Shown piece by piece: positions 33,126-44,660 of a DNA stretch of 64,000 nucleotides (position 1 is the stretch's first letter; each line of letters opens with the position of its first letter). Under the pieces are notes generated by a model. It was not told the DNA's origin. It made no database searches and worked only from the letters and a program-made list of their open reading frames with translations. The position numbers were made by a program, and so were the translations under genes. Where the stretch lies: NCBI GenBank assembly GCA_030704615.1, contig CM060731.1, positions 94,240,001 to 94,304,000 on the forward strand, in the 5' to 3' direction. Origin of the DNA: Takakia lepidozioides. Lineage: Eukaryota > Plantae > Bryophyta.

Positions 33126-35381
33126 TAACCTCTCTGCAATGGTCCTAGCCTCTGACACTCATCACAACTCTGACAATACTTGTGTACATCCTTGAACAAA
33201 GTAGGCCACCAGTAACCTGCAAGTAGTATCTTTCTACTGGTAGTCTCTTCTCCAAAATGACCTCCAGCCACTCCTTTATGAACTTCCTCCAAAACTTTAT
33301 TTAATTCATGGTGGTACAAGCATCGTTTAAATACTCCATCAGGTCCTAGCTTATACATTCTGCCCCCTACCATAGTATAAGGTAAAGCCTTGATAGCGAT
33401 TCTCTTCCTCTGCTCCTTACCATAACTAGGTTGGCACTGACCATGAGTAAGGTAGTATCTGATTGGCCACTGCCAATCTAACCAGTCATCTGCACTTCCC
33501 TGCACCTCCACTGCAAATAAACTCGCATCAGGTAATTGGTCGTCTACTCCTGTGGCGGGCTCTCATGTTGATAGGCGTGACAAGTGATCTGCCACAAGAT
33601 GCAAACGGCCAGGCTTGTAAACAACTTTGAACTCAAACTCGTGCAAGATTATTAACCACCTTGCTATCCTTCCACTTATCAAAGGTTTGTTCACCAGATA
33701 TATCAGAGCCTGGTGATCCACATAAAATATAAACTTCCTTCCCAATAGTTTCTTGACTGCATAAATCATTGCCAGTGCTTCTCTTTCAGTTGTGCTATAG
33801 TTCATTTCAGCACTGTTCAACAACCTGCTAACATAGTACACAGATGAATCTATATTTCCTGTAACATTTTGGGCTAACACCGCTCCCAACGCTTCTCCTG
33901 ACGCATCACAGTGAACATGAAATACTACATGCCAGTGAGGATTAATTAGCACAGGTGTAGTTGTTACTGACAATGTAAGTTCCTCAAAATCCTGTTGACA
34001 TTCAGCTGTCCATGCAAACACTACATCTTTCTTCAGAAGCTTGCTCAATGGTGCTGCTATCTGTGCATACCGTCTGACAAATCTTCTGTAATAACTGGTT
34101 TGTCCAAGGAATCTTCTTAGACTCTTAACATTTACTGGTGGTGGAGAGGCTTTAATGGCCTCTGTCTTTCTGGGATCCACAAGAAGTTCCCTCTTACACA
34201 CAATGTGTCCCAAAAGCACCCCTGAGTTCACACAGAAAGTACACTTCTCTGGATTCAGGCCCAGACCTCTCATCCTGCATCTGGCCAAACATAACTCCAA
34301 TTTATGCAAGTGCTCATTCTTAGAGCTGTACACACTGAAATCATCCAAGAACACCTGCATGAAATCATCCAGATACTCATGAAAATATTCACTTATCACT
34401 CTCTGAAAGGTTGCTAGTGCATTACAAAGTCCAAAAGACATGACTTTGTATGCATAAGCACCCCAGTCTGTGATGAAAGCTATCTTTCCCTGGTCTTCTT
34501 CTACCACTTGCACTTGATTATAACCACTGAAGCCATCCATGAATGAGTACATCTCATGGCCTGCCACAGTGTCCAATACCGATTCTGTGAATGACAAAGG
34601 GAAAGGATCTTTCTTCGTACAAGCATTCAACTTCTTGTAGTTCACACAAACTCTCAGTTTACCATTCTTCTTGGGAACTATTACAATGGGTGACAACCAA
34701 GTTGTATACTCTATTGGGTATATAAACTTAGCCTCAGCCAACTTCTTGATCTCTTCTCCAACCTTCTGTGCATAGTTGGGATTCATTCTGTACCTTGCCT
34801 ATTTGATTGGTACTGACCCTGGTTCCAGTTCAATCTTATGCTGACAGATCTCAGGTGGTATCCCTTTCAGATCCTCGTAGCTCCAAGCAAATACATCTCT
34901 GTATTTGATGAACAGACTTTTAGCTTCCTCAAAGAATTTTGGCTCCAAATAAGCCCCTACCTTCACCATCCTCGGTTCCCCTTCAGTTCCCACATTCACT
35001 TCTCTCACCTGCTCATCAGCTGTGATTGTCCATCCAGTCACCACTTCATCCTGTAAACTCACAGTGGCTGGTTCCTCTAGGATTTCCATTTCTCCCTCTC
35101 TTTCTTCATAGAAATGTGGTGGGTAACTGCTTGTTTCACCTTCAATTGGTGTTGCTGTCACTACACCACATCAGATATCTTTTAAACAACTTAGGCCTTC
35201 CAGTTGCATCTCTGCAACCTACTCCCACTCTGGGTGTGCAGCGAACAGGTTAGCTTCTTGCTCCTCATCAAGTCCTCCCCTCCAGTCATACTCCCTGACC
35301 CCTCGAGGTCTTCTCGTAGCAGGTAGTCTACTAGATTTCTTAGTGGTGATTTGGATCTTGTGCATCCCATCATGCACAGTC
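33126..35381 (-). pseudogene. pol: G2 pol: RT, RNase H and integrase zinc finger (cut at the MULE right TIR)
   Basis: KKNGKLRVCVNY, MDGFSGYNQ, FLDDFSV, HCDASGEALG, and HKGVAGGH..CDEC. Confidence 0.93.
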
Positions 35382-35384
35382 CAT

Positions 35385-35765
35385 GCCATTTTATGGCGAA
35401 CCACCACGAACACCCTCGACTCCCGGTGATGAGTCGCGGTGAGTCTTGGCCCACCCACCACGGCCCCTATGGACCGTGATGAGTCCCAAGACTCCCCACG
35501 ACTCCCACCACGAGGTCTCCGCCCCAGGGTGAGTCCTATGCCACCCCCACTAAGTCCTGCTAAGCTACCACCACCCCTTGTGGAGCCACCCCCACCGCAA
35601 CCCGGTGTGCGGGGCTCCACCTAGTGAGCGCCTCCGCCTCTTTGAGTGCCTTGGGCACTCAAGGGTGCTTCAGCCCCTCATACCTATCACTGCCACTGCC
35701 CCCACCACAGGGGCAGCCCCTCTTGTGTCCCGACCCTCCTGCCCTCAAGGCAAAGGGCCGCGACA
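35385..35765 (-). repeat. 5' half of a G1 LTR
   Basis: Matches 5890-6271; terminus TGTCGCGGCCC. Confidence 0.85.
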
Positions 35766-37293
35766 CAATGTGTTGGAGCTCGAAGCCGTAGCGTTCTTCT
35801 GTGATGAAGGGTAGCGCAGAGTCAATAGCATGCTGCTCCAGAGTGGAGTAGCCCATCCCGAGTCGCCGCATGGTGACCAAACTTGGGGACTCGTTGTGAG
35901 GGGGAGAACTTGGAGATGCGAGGCCCTTTGATTTTTTGGAGTCTGAGTGACTGCTGCTTGCTTCACTGTTGGATTCACTTGCGGTGCGTTTGGTCCAGGT
36001 GTTGATGGCGAGTAGCTTTGCTGGCATAGTGGGTACGGGTGGAGGTGGCGCCTAAATCTGTATGAGTGTCGTGGGGGCCAACGGGGGCGCAATAGCGAGG
36101 TCTCCCGGGGCCTGCCCATTGCTAGGCTTTGCGTGGAGCGGGCTTGATATGCATTCTCTGCGGCGAAGAATAATTTGTCTGAGGGGTGCATGTTGCTTAC
36201 GTCCATTCCATCTTCTTGGCGGGTGTCCATGTCATAGCACTAGAAGAAAAACGCGGAATAACCACTCTGTTAACCACTCATTTTGAGTGGTAAAAGACAC
36301 TAAACCACTCTGGCCCCAGAGTGATGAAGAACCAGTGCATTAGGACAAGTGAGTGGTAAAAGACATTACGTGGCACCGGTGGTTAAGGACAGTGGTTCGA
36401 ACCACTCACGTCCGGGTCCACCTGTTAGCTGACGCGTCACAGTGGTAAATTAACCACTGTGATGTGTCAATGACGTGTCACTAAGGTAAACCAACCACGT
36501 ATGACGTGTCACAGTGGTAAACTGACGTGTCATAGTGGTAAAGTAACCACTTCCGTTTTGTAGTGGAGACGTGTAAGCCGGTGGTCCGTGGATTATGTCG
36601 ACACGTGGCGACACTCTCAGCATGGACACGTGTCGTGTGTCAGTGCTACGAAATGGATGGAGTGAAATTCAATGACTTCCGAAACCACTTGTTGAGTGAT
36701 CACAACATGACTCATAAAGTCATTCTATGAAAACGGAGAATATACAATATCACTCACAGAGTGGTTATGTGAGTGGATGACGTCTCTCAGTAGGTCATTG
36801 GAATGATTACCCACAGAGTGGTGTGTAAGCTATTTGAGTCATTCATGGTGTCTCTCTGAGTGGGAACTATGGATTGGAGTGATTACTAACAGAGTGGTGT
36901 GTAAGTGATTAGGAATACCACTGGAGGAATTCAATCCACTAGTACAGTAATATATATGTGACTACTTATACCACTATACGAGTGGTAATGTAGGCAATTG
37001 TGTGCATTTGGCTACTCCCACAGTTTTAAATTATACCACTATTACAGTGATGTGCAAGTGATTATGAACATGACTAGAGGAACACATACCACTAGTGTAG
37101 TGAAAGAAGTACCATTGGGGATTCAAGCTCCACAAAATAGACTAGAATCCCAGAGAGTTAAGTGTTGGAACATTGTCAACTGAAGTCTGAGCCTAACTTC
37201 TACACGGCGCCTCCACATGCATGCTAGGAACACTGAACTGCTTTCCTGCCTTCTTCTCACTACCAGCAATGTCTATGCCCGGGCGAACGAAAT

Positions 37294-37490
37294 CTAAGCC
37301 CCCTTCATGTTCTTCTCTGGCCAAAGACAATTCAGACTGACGACATCCTCCAACATTGTTTGCGATGGGACCTCTTCCTCGTTAGGGTGAGGCAAGACAC
37401 AATTGGCAATATAGATATCATTCACCTCAACCCGCCACAATCCTTCAAGTATAACACGGTAGTGATATGTGTCTTTGTCAGGCACACGTC
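37294..37490 (-). pseudogene. En/Spm TnpA/TNP1-like C-terminal domain fragment
   Basis: KDTYHYRVILEGLWRVEVNDIYIANCVLPHPN..TMLEDVVSLNCLWP. Lies just inside the CACTA end; the homologue is at 59376-59440. Confidence 0.6.
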
Positions 37491-37799
37491 TCAGCTGTTA
37501 CCTATTTTTGGATACTTCCCTGTTGTCACATTGGCAGTACCATGTCAAAGTCGCTCCAAACTATCAAAGGCTCACTCAACCAGCTAACTTGCAGAATTCA
37601 ACATGAAAATTTAGGGCCGATTCTGATAAGAGGGAAAAACAGGGTGAAATGTGTTGAAGAAGGTGCTTTCATTACCAGTGCCTGAGTTTATCATTGTGCC
37701 GCTGCTGCTGCGGCTTCTAGTTCACCAGTCACCATCTACCATGCAGGTTTCTTGTAGCTATTGATCCATCTGGTACATTTCCAGCTTTGGTGATGCAAC

Positions 37800-40700
37800 C
37801 ATGCACCTCCGATGCCCTTTCCAAGGCTGCCAGGCTTGCACACGCACTGCAAACGCACACAAACATGATGTGGTCAAACTTCACCCCTTCCCCCATCATT
37901 TGCTTTCAGGTCTCCAAAGCCCCATACAACGCCCCTGCTCTGTACACCCTGCAAACATCACATTCCACAACACCACATCTCATTCAGCCATAGTGTTGAA
38001 CACTCCCTTGGCATCCTCAATGCTACCATATTTGGCATACATGGCCACCAGAGCAGTGTTCAGGATGACATCTGGAACAATTGCAGATTTGATCATGTCA
38101 CTAGGGATCTCTTTGCCCTTTTCCAGGGATGCCAGACACACTGCAAACACACACAAACCTTATGTCAGCGGGCTTCACCCCTTCCCCCATCATTTGCTCA
38201 TAGGCTGGAGCCTCCATCCCGCACCCCTGCTGTGCATACCCCGCAAGCATCGTACTCCACGACACCACATCTTGTTCAGCCATAGTGTTGAACACTCCCT
38301 TGGCATCCTCGATGCACCCACATTTGGCATACATGTACACCAAGGCAGGGGCAGTGTTCAGAATGACATCTGGTAATCTGACAAACATTCTCCTTTTAGA
38401 ATTGTTCCAGCAAATGCCCCAACCCTACTGACTTAGAGGCTGTAGTGTCCAAAGCCATGTCCGTTTCCAGAAAATTGTCTGATGAAAATGAAGTTAGGCA
38501 GAAAACTTCCCTAGACTTGTTTCCAGTCTGTGACATGGGGGAGGACATCATGGATGACCTCAAGGGTCTACCCACTCTCGGCACCAGACTGAAATTTAAA
38601 CTAAGGGCAGGAATCCTACCTTTGAATAACAAACAGAAGCAGAGAGGAAAGGGAGAGTGCAATTGCACCCAACTCAACTTATCACACTAGTTCCTATGAT
38701 CAATTGCATCTGCTACACTCTGTAATCGGACAGGCATTCACCTTTTTGCCTCGGTTGTCCCACCAGTTACTGGGGTCAGAAAAGTATTTATCCCACAGCT
38801 TCTTCTCATATCTGTTACCTATTTTTGGATACTTAGGGACGACTCTAATAGCAGGGGAATTCAGGGTGAAATATGTTGACGAAGGTACCTTCATTAGCAG
38901 TGGGCCTTGTTCTATCAACTGCGCTGCTGCCATTGCTTTTTCCAGTTGACCATCTACCCACTCGTAGCCATTGTGCTATTGAAGAAGGTGCCCCCCCTTC
39001 CCCCATCATTTGCTCATAGCTCTCCAAAGCCTCCATCCCACGTCCCTGCCGTGCATACCATGCAAGCATCGCACTCCACGACACCACATCTCGTTCAACC
39101 ATAGTGTCGAACACTCCCTTTGCATCCTAGATGCACCCACATTTTGCAAACATGTTCACCAGGGTTTTGTTCAGGATGACATCTGGTACAATTCCAACTC
39201 TAAAGTTGTCGCCATGGACCTCTTTTCCCTAAGCTACCAGGGCAGTGTTCAGATTGACATTTGACATTTGGTACAATTCCAGCTCTGAAGATGTCACCAT
39301 GGACCTCTTTTCCCTTTTCCAGAGCTGCCAGGGCAGTGTTCAGATTCACATTTGGTACAATTCCAGCTTTGATGATATCCCCATGCATCTCTTTGCCCTT
39401 CTCCAGGCCGGCTGCCAAGCTTGCACAAGCATTGCAAATGCACACAAACATGATGTGCTTCCCCCATCATTTGCTCATAGCTCTCCAAAGCCTCCATCCC
39501 ACGTCCTTGCTGTGCATACCATGCAAGCATCGCACTCCACAACACCACATCTCGTTCAGCCATAGTGTCAAACACTCCCTTTGCATCCTAGATGCACCCA
39601 CATTTTGCAAACATGTTCACCAGGGTATTGTTCAGAATGACATCTGGTACAATAATAACTCTGAAGATGTTGCCATGCACCTCTTTCCCCTAAGCTGCCA
39701 GGGTAGTGTTCAGATTGACATTTGGCACAATTCCAGCTTTGATGATATCCCCATGCACCTCTTGCCCTTCTCCAAGCCGGTTGTCAGGCTTGCACAAGCA
39801 TTGCAAATGCACACAAACATGATGTGCTTCCCCCATCATTTGCTCATAGCTCTCCAAAGCCTCCATCCCATGTCCCTGCCGTGCATACCCTGCAAGCATC
39901 GCACTCTACGACACCACATCTCGTTCAGCCATAGTGTCGAACACTCCCTTTGCATCCTAGATGCACCCACATTTTGCAAACATGTTCACCAGGGTATTGT
40001 TCAGAATGACATCTGGTACAATTCCAACTCTAAAGATGTCGCCATGGACCTCTTTCCCCTTTTCCAGAGCTGCTAGGGCAGTGTTCAGATTGACATTTGG
40101 CATAATTCCAGCTTTGATGATATCCCCATGCACCTCTTGCCCTTCTCCAGGGCTGCCAGGCTTGCACAAGAATTGCAAATGCACACAAACATGATGTGCT
40201 TCCCCATCCTTTGCTCATAGGTCTCCAAAGCCTCCATCCCACGTCCCTGCCGTGCATACCTTGCAAGCATCGCACTCCACGACACCACATCTCGTTCAGC
40301 CATAGTGGCGAACACTCCCTTTGCATCCTAGATCCTAGATCCCTTTGCACCCACATTTTTCAAACATGTCCACCAGGGTATGGTTCAGAATGACATTTGG
40401 TACAATTCCAGCTCTGAAGATGTCGCCATGGATCTCTTTCCTCTTTTTCTAGAGCTGCCAGGGTAATGTTCATAATGACATTTGGTATAATTCCAGCTTT
40501 GATGATACCCCATGCACCGCTTTGCCCTTGTCCAGGCTCGATGCACCCACATTTTGCATAAATGTCCACCAGGGTATGGTTCAGAATGACATTTGGTACA
40601 ATTCCAGCTCTGAAGATGTCGCCATGGACCTCTTTCCCCTTTTTCCAGAGCTGCCAGGGCAGTGTTCATAATGACATTTGGTACAATTCCAGCTTTGATG

Positions 40701-42165
40701 ATACCCCATGCACCTCTTTGCCCTTGTCCAGGCTCGATGCACCCACATTTCGCATACATGTCCACCAGGGTATGGTTCAGACTGACATTTGGTACAATTC
40801 CAGCTCTGAAGATGTCGCCATGGACCTCTTTCCCCTTTTCCAGAGCTGCCAGGGCAGTGTTCAGATTCACATTTGGTACAATTCCAGCTTTGATGATATC
40901 CCCATGCACCTCTTTGCCCTTCTCCAGGCCGGCTGCCAGGCTTGCACAAGCATTGCAAATGCACACAAACATGATGTGCTTCCCCATCATTTGCTCGTAG
41001 CTCTCCAAAGCCTCCATTCCACATCCCTGCTGTGCATACCCTACAAGCACATCATATCGCACTCCACGACACCACATGTCATTCAGCCATAGTGTCGAAC
41101 ACTCCCTTTGCATCCTAGATGCACCCACATTTTGCATACATGTCCACCAGGGTATTGTTCAGATTGTCATCTGGTACATTTCCAGCTCTGAAGATGTCGC
41201 CATGCACCTCTTTCCCCATTTCCAAAGCTGCCAGGGCAGTGTTCGATTGACATTTGGCACAATTCCAGCTTTGATGATATCCCTATGCACCTCTTGCCCT
41301 TCTCCAGGGCTGCCAGGCTTGCACGCACATTGCAAATGCACACAAACATGATGTGCTTCCCCCATCATCTGCTCATAGCTCTCCAAAGCCTCCATCCCAC
41401 GTCCCTGCCGTGCATACCCTGCAAGCATCGCACTCCACGACACCACATCTCGTTCAGCCATAGTGTCAAACACTCCCTTTACATCCTAGATGCACCCATA
41501 TTTTGCAAACATGTTCACCAGGGTATTGTTCATAATGACATCTGATACAATTCTAGCTCTGAAGATGACGCAATGGACCTCTTTCCCCTTTTCCAAAGCT
41601 GCTAGGGCAGTGTTCAGATTGACATTTGGCACAATTCCAGCTTTGATGATATCCCCATGCACCTCTTGCCCTTCTCCAGGGCTGCCAGGCTTGCACGCAC
41701 ATTGCAAATGCACACAAACATGATGTGCTTCCCCCATCATCTGCTCATAGCTCTCCAAAGCCTCCATCCCACGTCCCTGCCGTGCATACCCTGCAAGCAT
41801 CGCACTCCACGACACCACATCTCGTTCAGCCATAGTGTCAAACACTCCCTTTGCATCCTAGATGCACCCATATTTTGCAAACATGTTCACCAGGGTATTG
41901 TTCATAATGACATCTGATACAATTCTAGCTCTGAAGATGACACAATGGACCTCTTTCCCCTTTTCCAAAGCTGCTAGGGCAGTGTTCAGATTGACATTTG
42001 GCACAATTCCAGCTTTGATGATATCCCCATGCACCTCTTGCCCTTCTCCAGGGCTGCCATGCTTGCACAAGCATTACAAATGCACACAAACACGATGTGT
42101 TTCCCCCATCATTTGCTCATAGGTCTCCAAAGCCTCCATCCCACGTCCCTGCCGTGCATACCCTG
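37800..42165 (-). repeat. Tandem array of degenerate PLS-class PPR triplets (~370-bp unit; main block 39000-42165)
   Basis: Repeated VFDTMAERDVVSWSAMLAGYARQGRGMEALESYEQM / FVCICNACASLAALEKGKEVHGDIIKAG / TLVNMFAKCGCI*DA. Period 372 at 41473 to 41845. Frameshifts and a TAG recur in the units. Confidence 0.93.
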
Positions 42166-42420
42166 GACCAAGCTGACTCTCCCAAGAACCTTGTAAACAT
42201 CAGCGAGGACTTAAGTGCGCAGCAGCGATAGGGCTTAGTGGTGCTTGAGGGAAAAAAAAAACATCGCATTGGTCCATGAGAACCACCATGGTGCAGTTAA
42301 GCGAGCAGAGATTGAAACACGACCTGGTAAGACCAAGCTGACTCTTCCAAGAACCTTGTAAACATCAGGAAGAAAACCCAATCATGGTACTAACAGGAGC
42401 CAAAAGCCCACATTTGCAGG

Positions 42421-43600
42421 ATGCAGGAGATGCCAATGGTACAAGAGCCAGTGCCACCAACACCACAACAAGTCACTGTGCCAGTAGCTGACCCTGTTGT
42501 TACTACAGCCACACCACAGCCACCACAGCCTGAGGTATGGGGGAATGCTGGCTTTTACCCACCTAAAACTCCAGCTGCAAGGGAGTACAGTTGGGCTATG
42601 ATTATGCCCTTCAACCAAATTCCCATTGTGTTGGATTTAGCTTGGAAAGAATTTAGTCCTCCGCAGTTATTGGCACATTACTATCAAATCATGCGCATTT
42701 GGCTGCCAATGGCCACTAGGACTAAAGTTCTTCCGAACAATCGACCAATTGAGGATCATCACTTTGCGCAGTACTGGCATGAGGCAAGTACCATGTTGAA
42801 GGAATTAATTGTCTTCCAAGTTGTACATGGATTCATTTATACCAAGACCAAAGAGATAGCAAGTATTGTCATGGGCTGCGGGTTATACTACGCTGCTTGT
42901 TTTCTGGTACGTTATCACATTGAGCAACAGAAGATGCAAACGCGTTTTCTGAGTTATTCCAGTGGGGATCATTGGGTCTTACCTTCAGTGCCACCTCATA
43001 TGTACCTATATGAGGAAAAAGTTATGATGCAAAAGGATTCATAGATTCGTTCATGGTTTCATGCGGCCTGGAACAATTTGTCAACACAGAAATTCGGGCC
43101 TGACGATATTTTCTTTAAGGGACATGAGCCATGGAAATATTTGCACAATTCACAAGTCATTGGTACACCACTCACCTGGACAGACAAAGAGCTCAGGGTC
43201 TTCACCAATTTTGCAATTCAACGCTTACAACAAGTTTTACAGTTTAAACTTCCAGACATGGTGGGACAACATTGTATGCCCCAGAGAATTCCAGTTAAAA
43301 GTTCGACAGTTAAAACACCTCAGGGGGGACGAGGATTCTGATACAACTGTTTCTTCAGCGGACTCTTTTGACATGGCAGCGGACTATGCTATTCAGATGG
43401 CAGAGAAGAAGCAAATGGGGTCTCCTATGCCTGAAAGATTACCTCGATATCAGCCTCCAGAGGGACTGACATATCCAGGTAGTGTTCAATCATCTCTTTC
43501 AACCAGTGACAGAACACGCGCTCGTATACGGAGTCCTTCACGAGACTCTCAACGTCACAAGGGTGCTTGCTCACAAAGGTTTACAAATCCCAAACAGTAA
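42421..43600 (+). pseudogene. Extra 3' ORF of family G2, ending just before the PPT (unknown function)
   Basis: 42421..43044 and 43078..43341 are in one frame, split by a single TAG. A frameshifted tail ends at 43600. The last ~95 bp match 23850-23945. Confidence 0.65.
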
Positions 43601-43638
43601 ACCGTGAGGACACGGCTTTTTGAGAGGGGAAGGGGTAA

Positions 43639-44660
43639 TGTTAGAGGACTGCTTGGGACTTAGACGCTTTTACGGGATCTGTGGGGTACCCTTAATTTTT
43701 ACACAGACTGAGATCAACAGGAGCCTTAGGGGTGACAGCAACAGGCTTTAGGGGGGGAGATACACAGCCCAACACAGTCCATCACAGCCCGTCACAGCCG
43801 TCACAGTCCAACACAGCCAGTCACAGCCAACACAGTCCGTCACAGCTTCGCACAGCCAATACAGCTCGTCACAGCTTCGCACAGCCGACACAGCCCGACA
43901 CAGCCAGTCACAGTCAACAGAGCCCGTCACAGCCCGACACAGCCCGACTCAGCCCAACACAGTCGCACAGCCAGTCATAGCCCAACACAGCCGGTCACAG
44001 CCCGTCACAGTTTCACACAGCCAGTCACAGCTTGACACAATTGTCACGACCATAGGGAACGGATAGCAGGATAGGGAACGACTGTGGGGAACAACATCTG
44101 CGAATGGAACATGTTAGTTCACGGATGACGGTTAGTGAGGGAAACAGTTAGAACAACGGGTAGGAAGATAAAGCCAGGAGCGAGGACTGGAAAAAGATCA
44201 ATTCTAGGGGAGCACTTCTGGGGGGGGGACTTCGGACATCACTGGGGGAAATGAGGCAGAGAGCGCATCTCTGAGCAGAAAGAGGGAGAGCACGGAATAG
44301 GAGGAGGACGATCTGTTAATGCTTGATGAATGCAAGCGATAGAGTTGTAATGTAGAGCAGATTAGAGACTCCATACTCACACTGTGTAGAGAGATCTGAG
44401 TGAAGCTGTGGAATGAATGGATGAGTTGATGGAATCCGATAGATTGCTGAAGCAAACTGATACTTAATTACCAACAGTAAGGTAACTAGCAAACATGAAT
44501 GCGGGAAGGAAAACAAATAGGAAACACCCCCATGATACACTAGCTGTAGGTCATGACTGATTGTTCTGAGCGGGCTGAGTGCTTAGAGATTTCCAACTCT
44601 TCTATCTTGGAGTTTCCGCCTCGGATAGCGAAGGGATGGGTGAGTAAAAGCCGCGCGACA
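43639..44660 (+). repeat. G2 3' LTR (after PPT), inserted into the RT of an opposite-strand G2 copy
   Basis: TGTTAGAGG...GCGCGACA, followed by RT sequence ATGACTTTGTATGC that matches 34440. Confidence 0.92.

Larger units (their letters stand above)
36238..42423 (-). mobile_element. Pack-CACTA copy A (3' TIR, TnpA-like domain, PDF exon, PPR array), 5'-truncated
   Basis: CACTAGAAGAAAAA at 36238 and dense AACCACT/AGTGGT subterminal repeats to ~37100. 37420-42423 is the reverse complement of 52914-59440, apart from a ~1-kb deletion. Confidence 0.85.

Noticed and set aside
21395-33135. Target-site duplication for the MULE
   Set aside because: The left flank (BAH-like ORF) and right flank (integrase) share no repeat, so a single clean insertion cannot be claimed.
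35770-36237. LINE ORF1 or host gene start (ORF 35745..36230)
   Set aside because: Low-complexity sequence with no recognisable motif; left unassigned.
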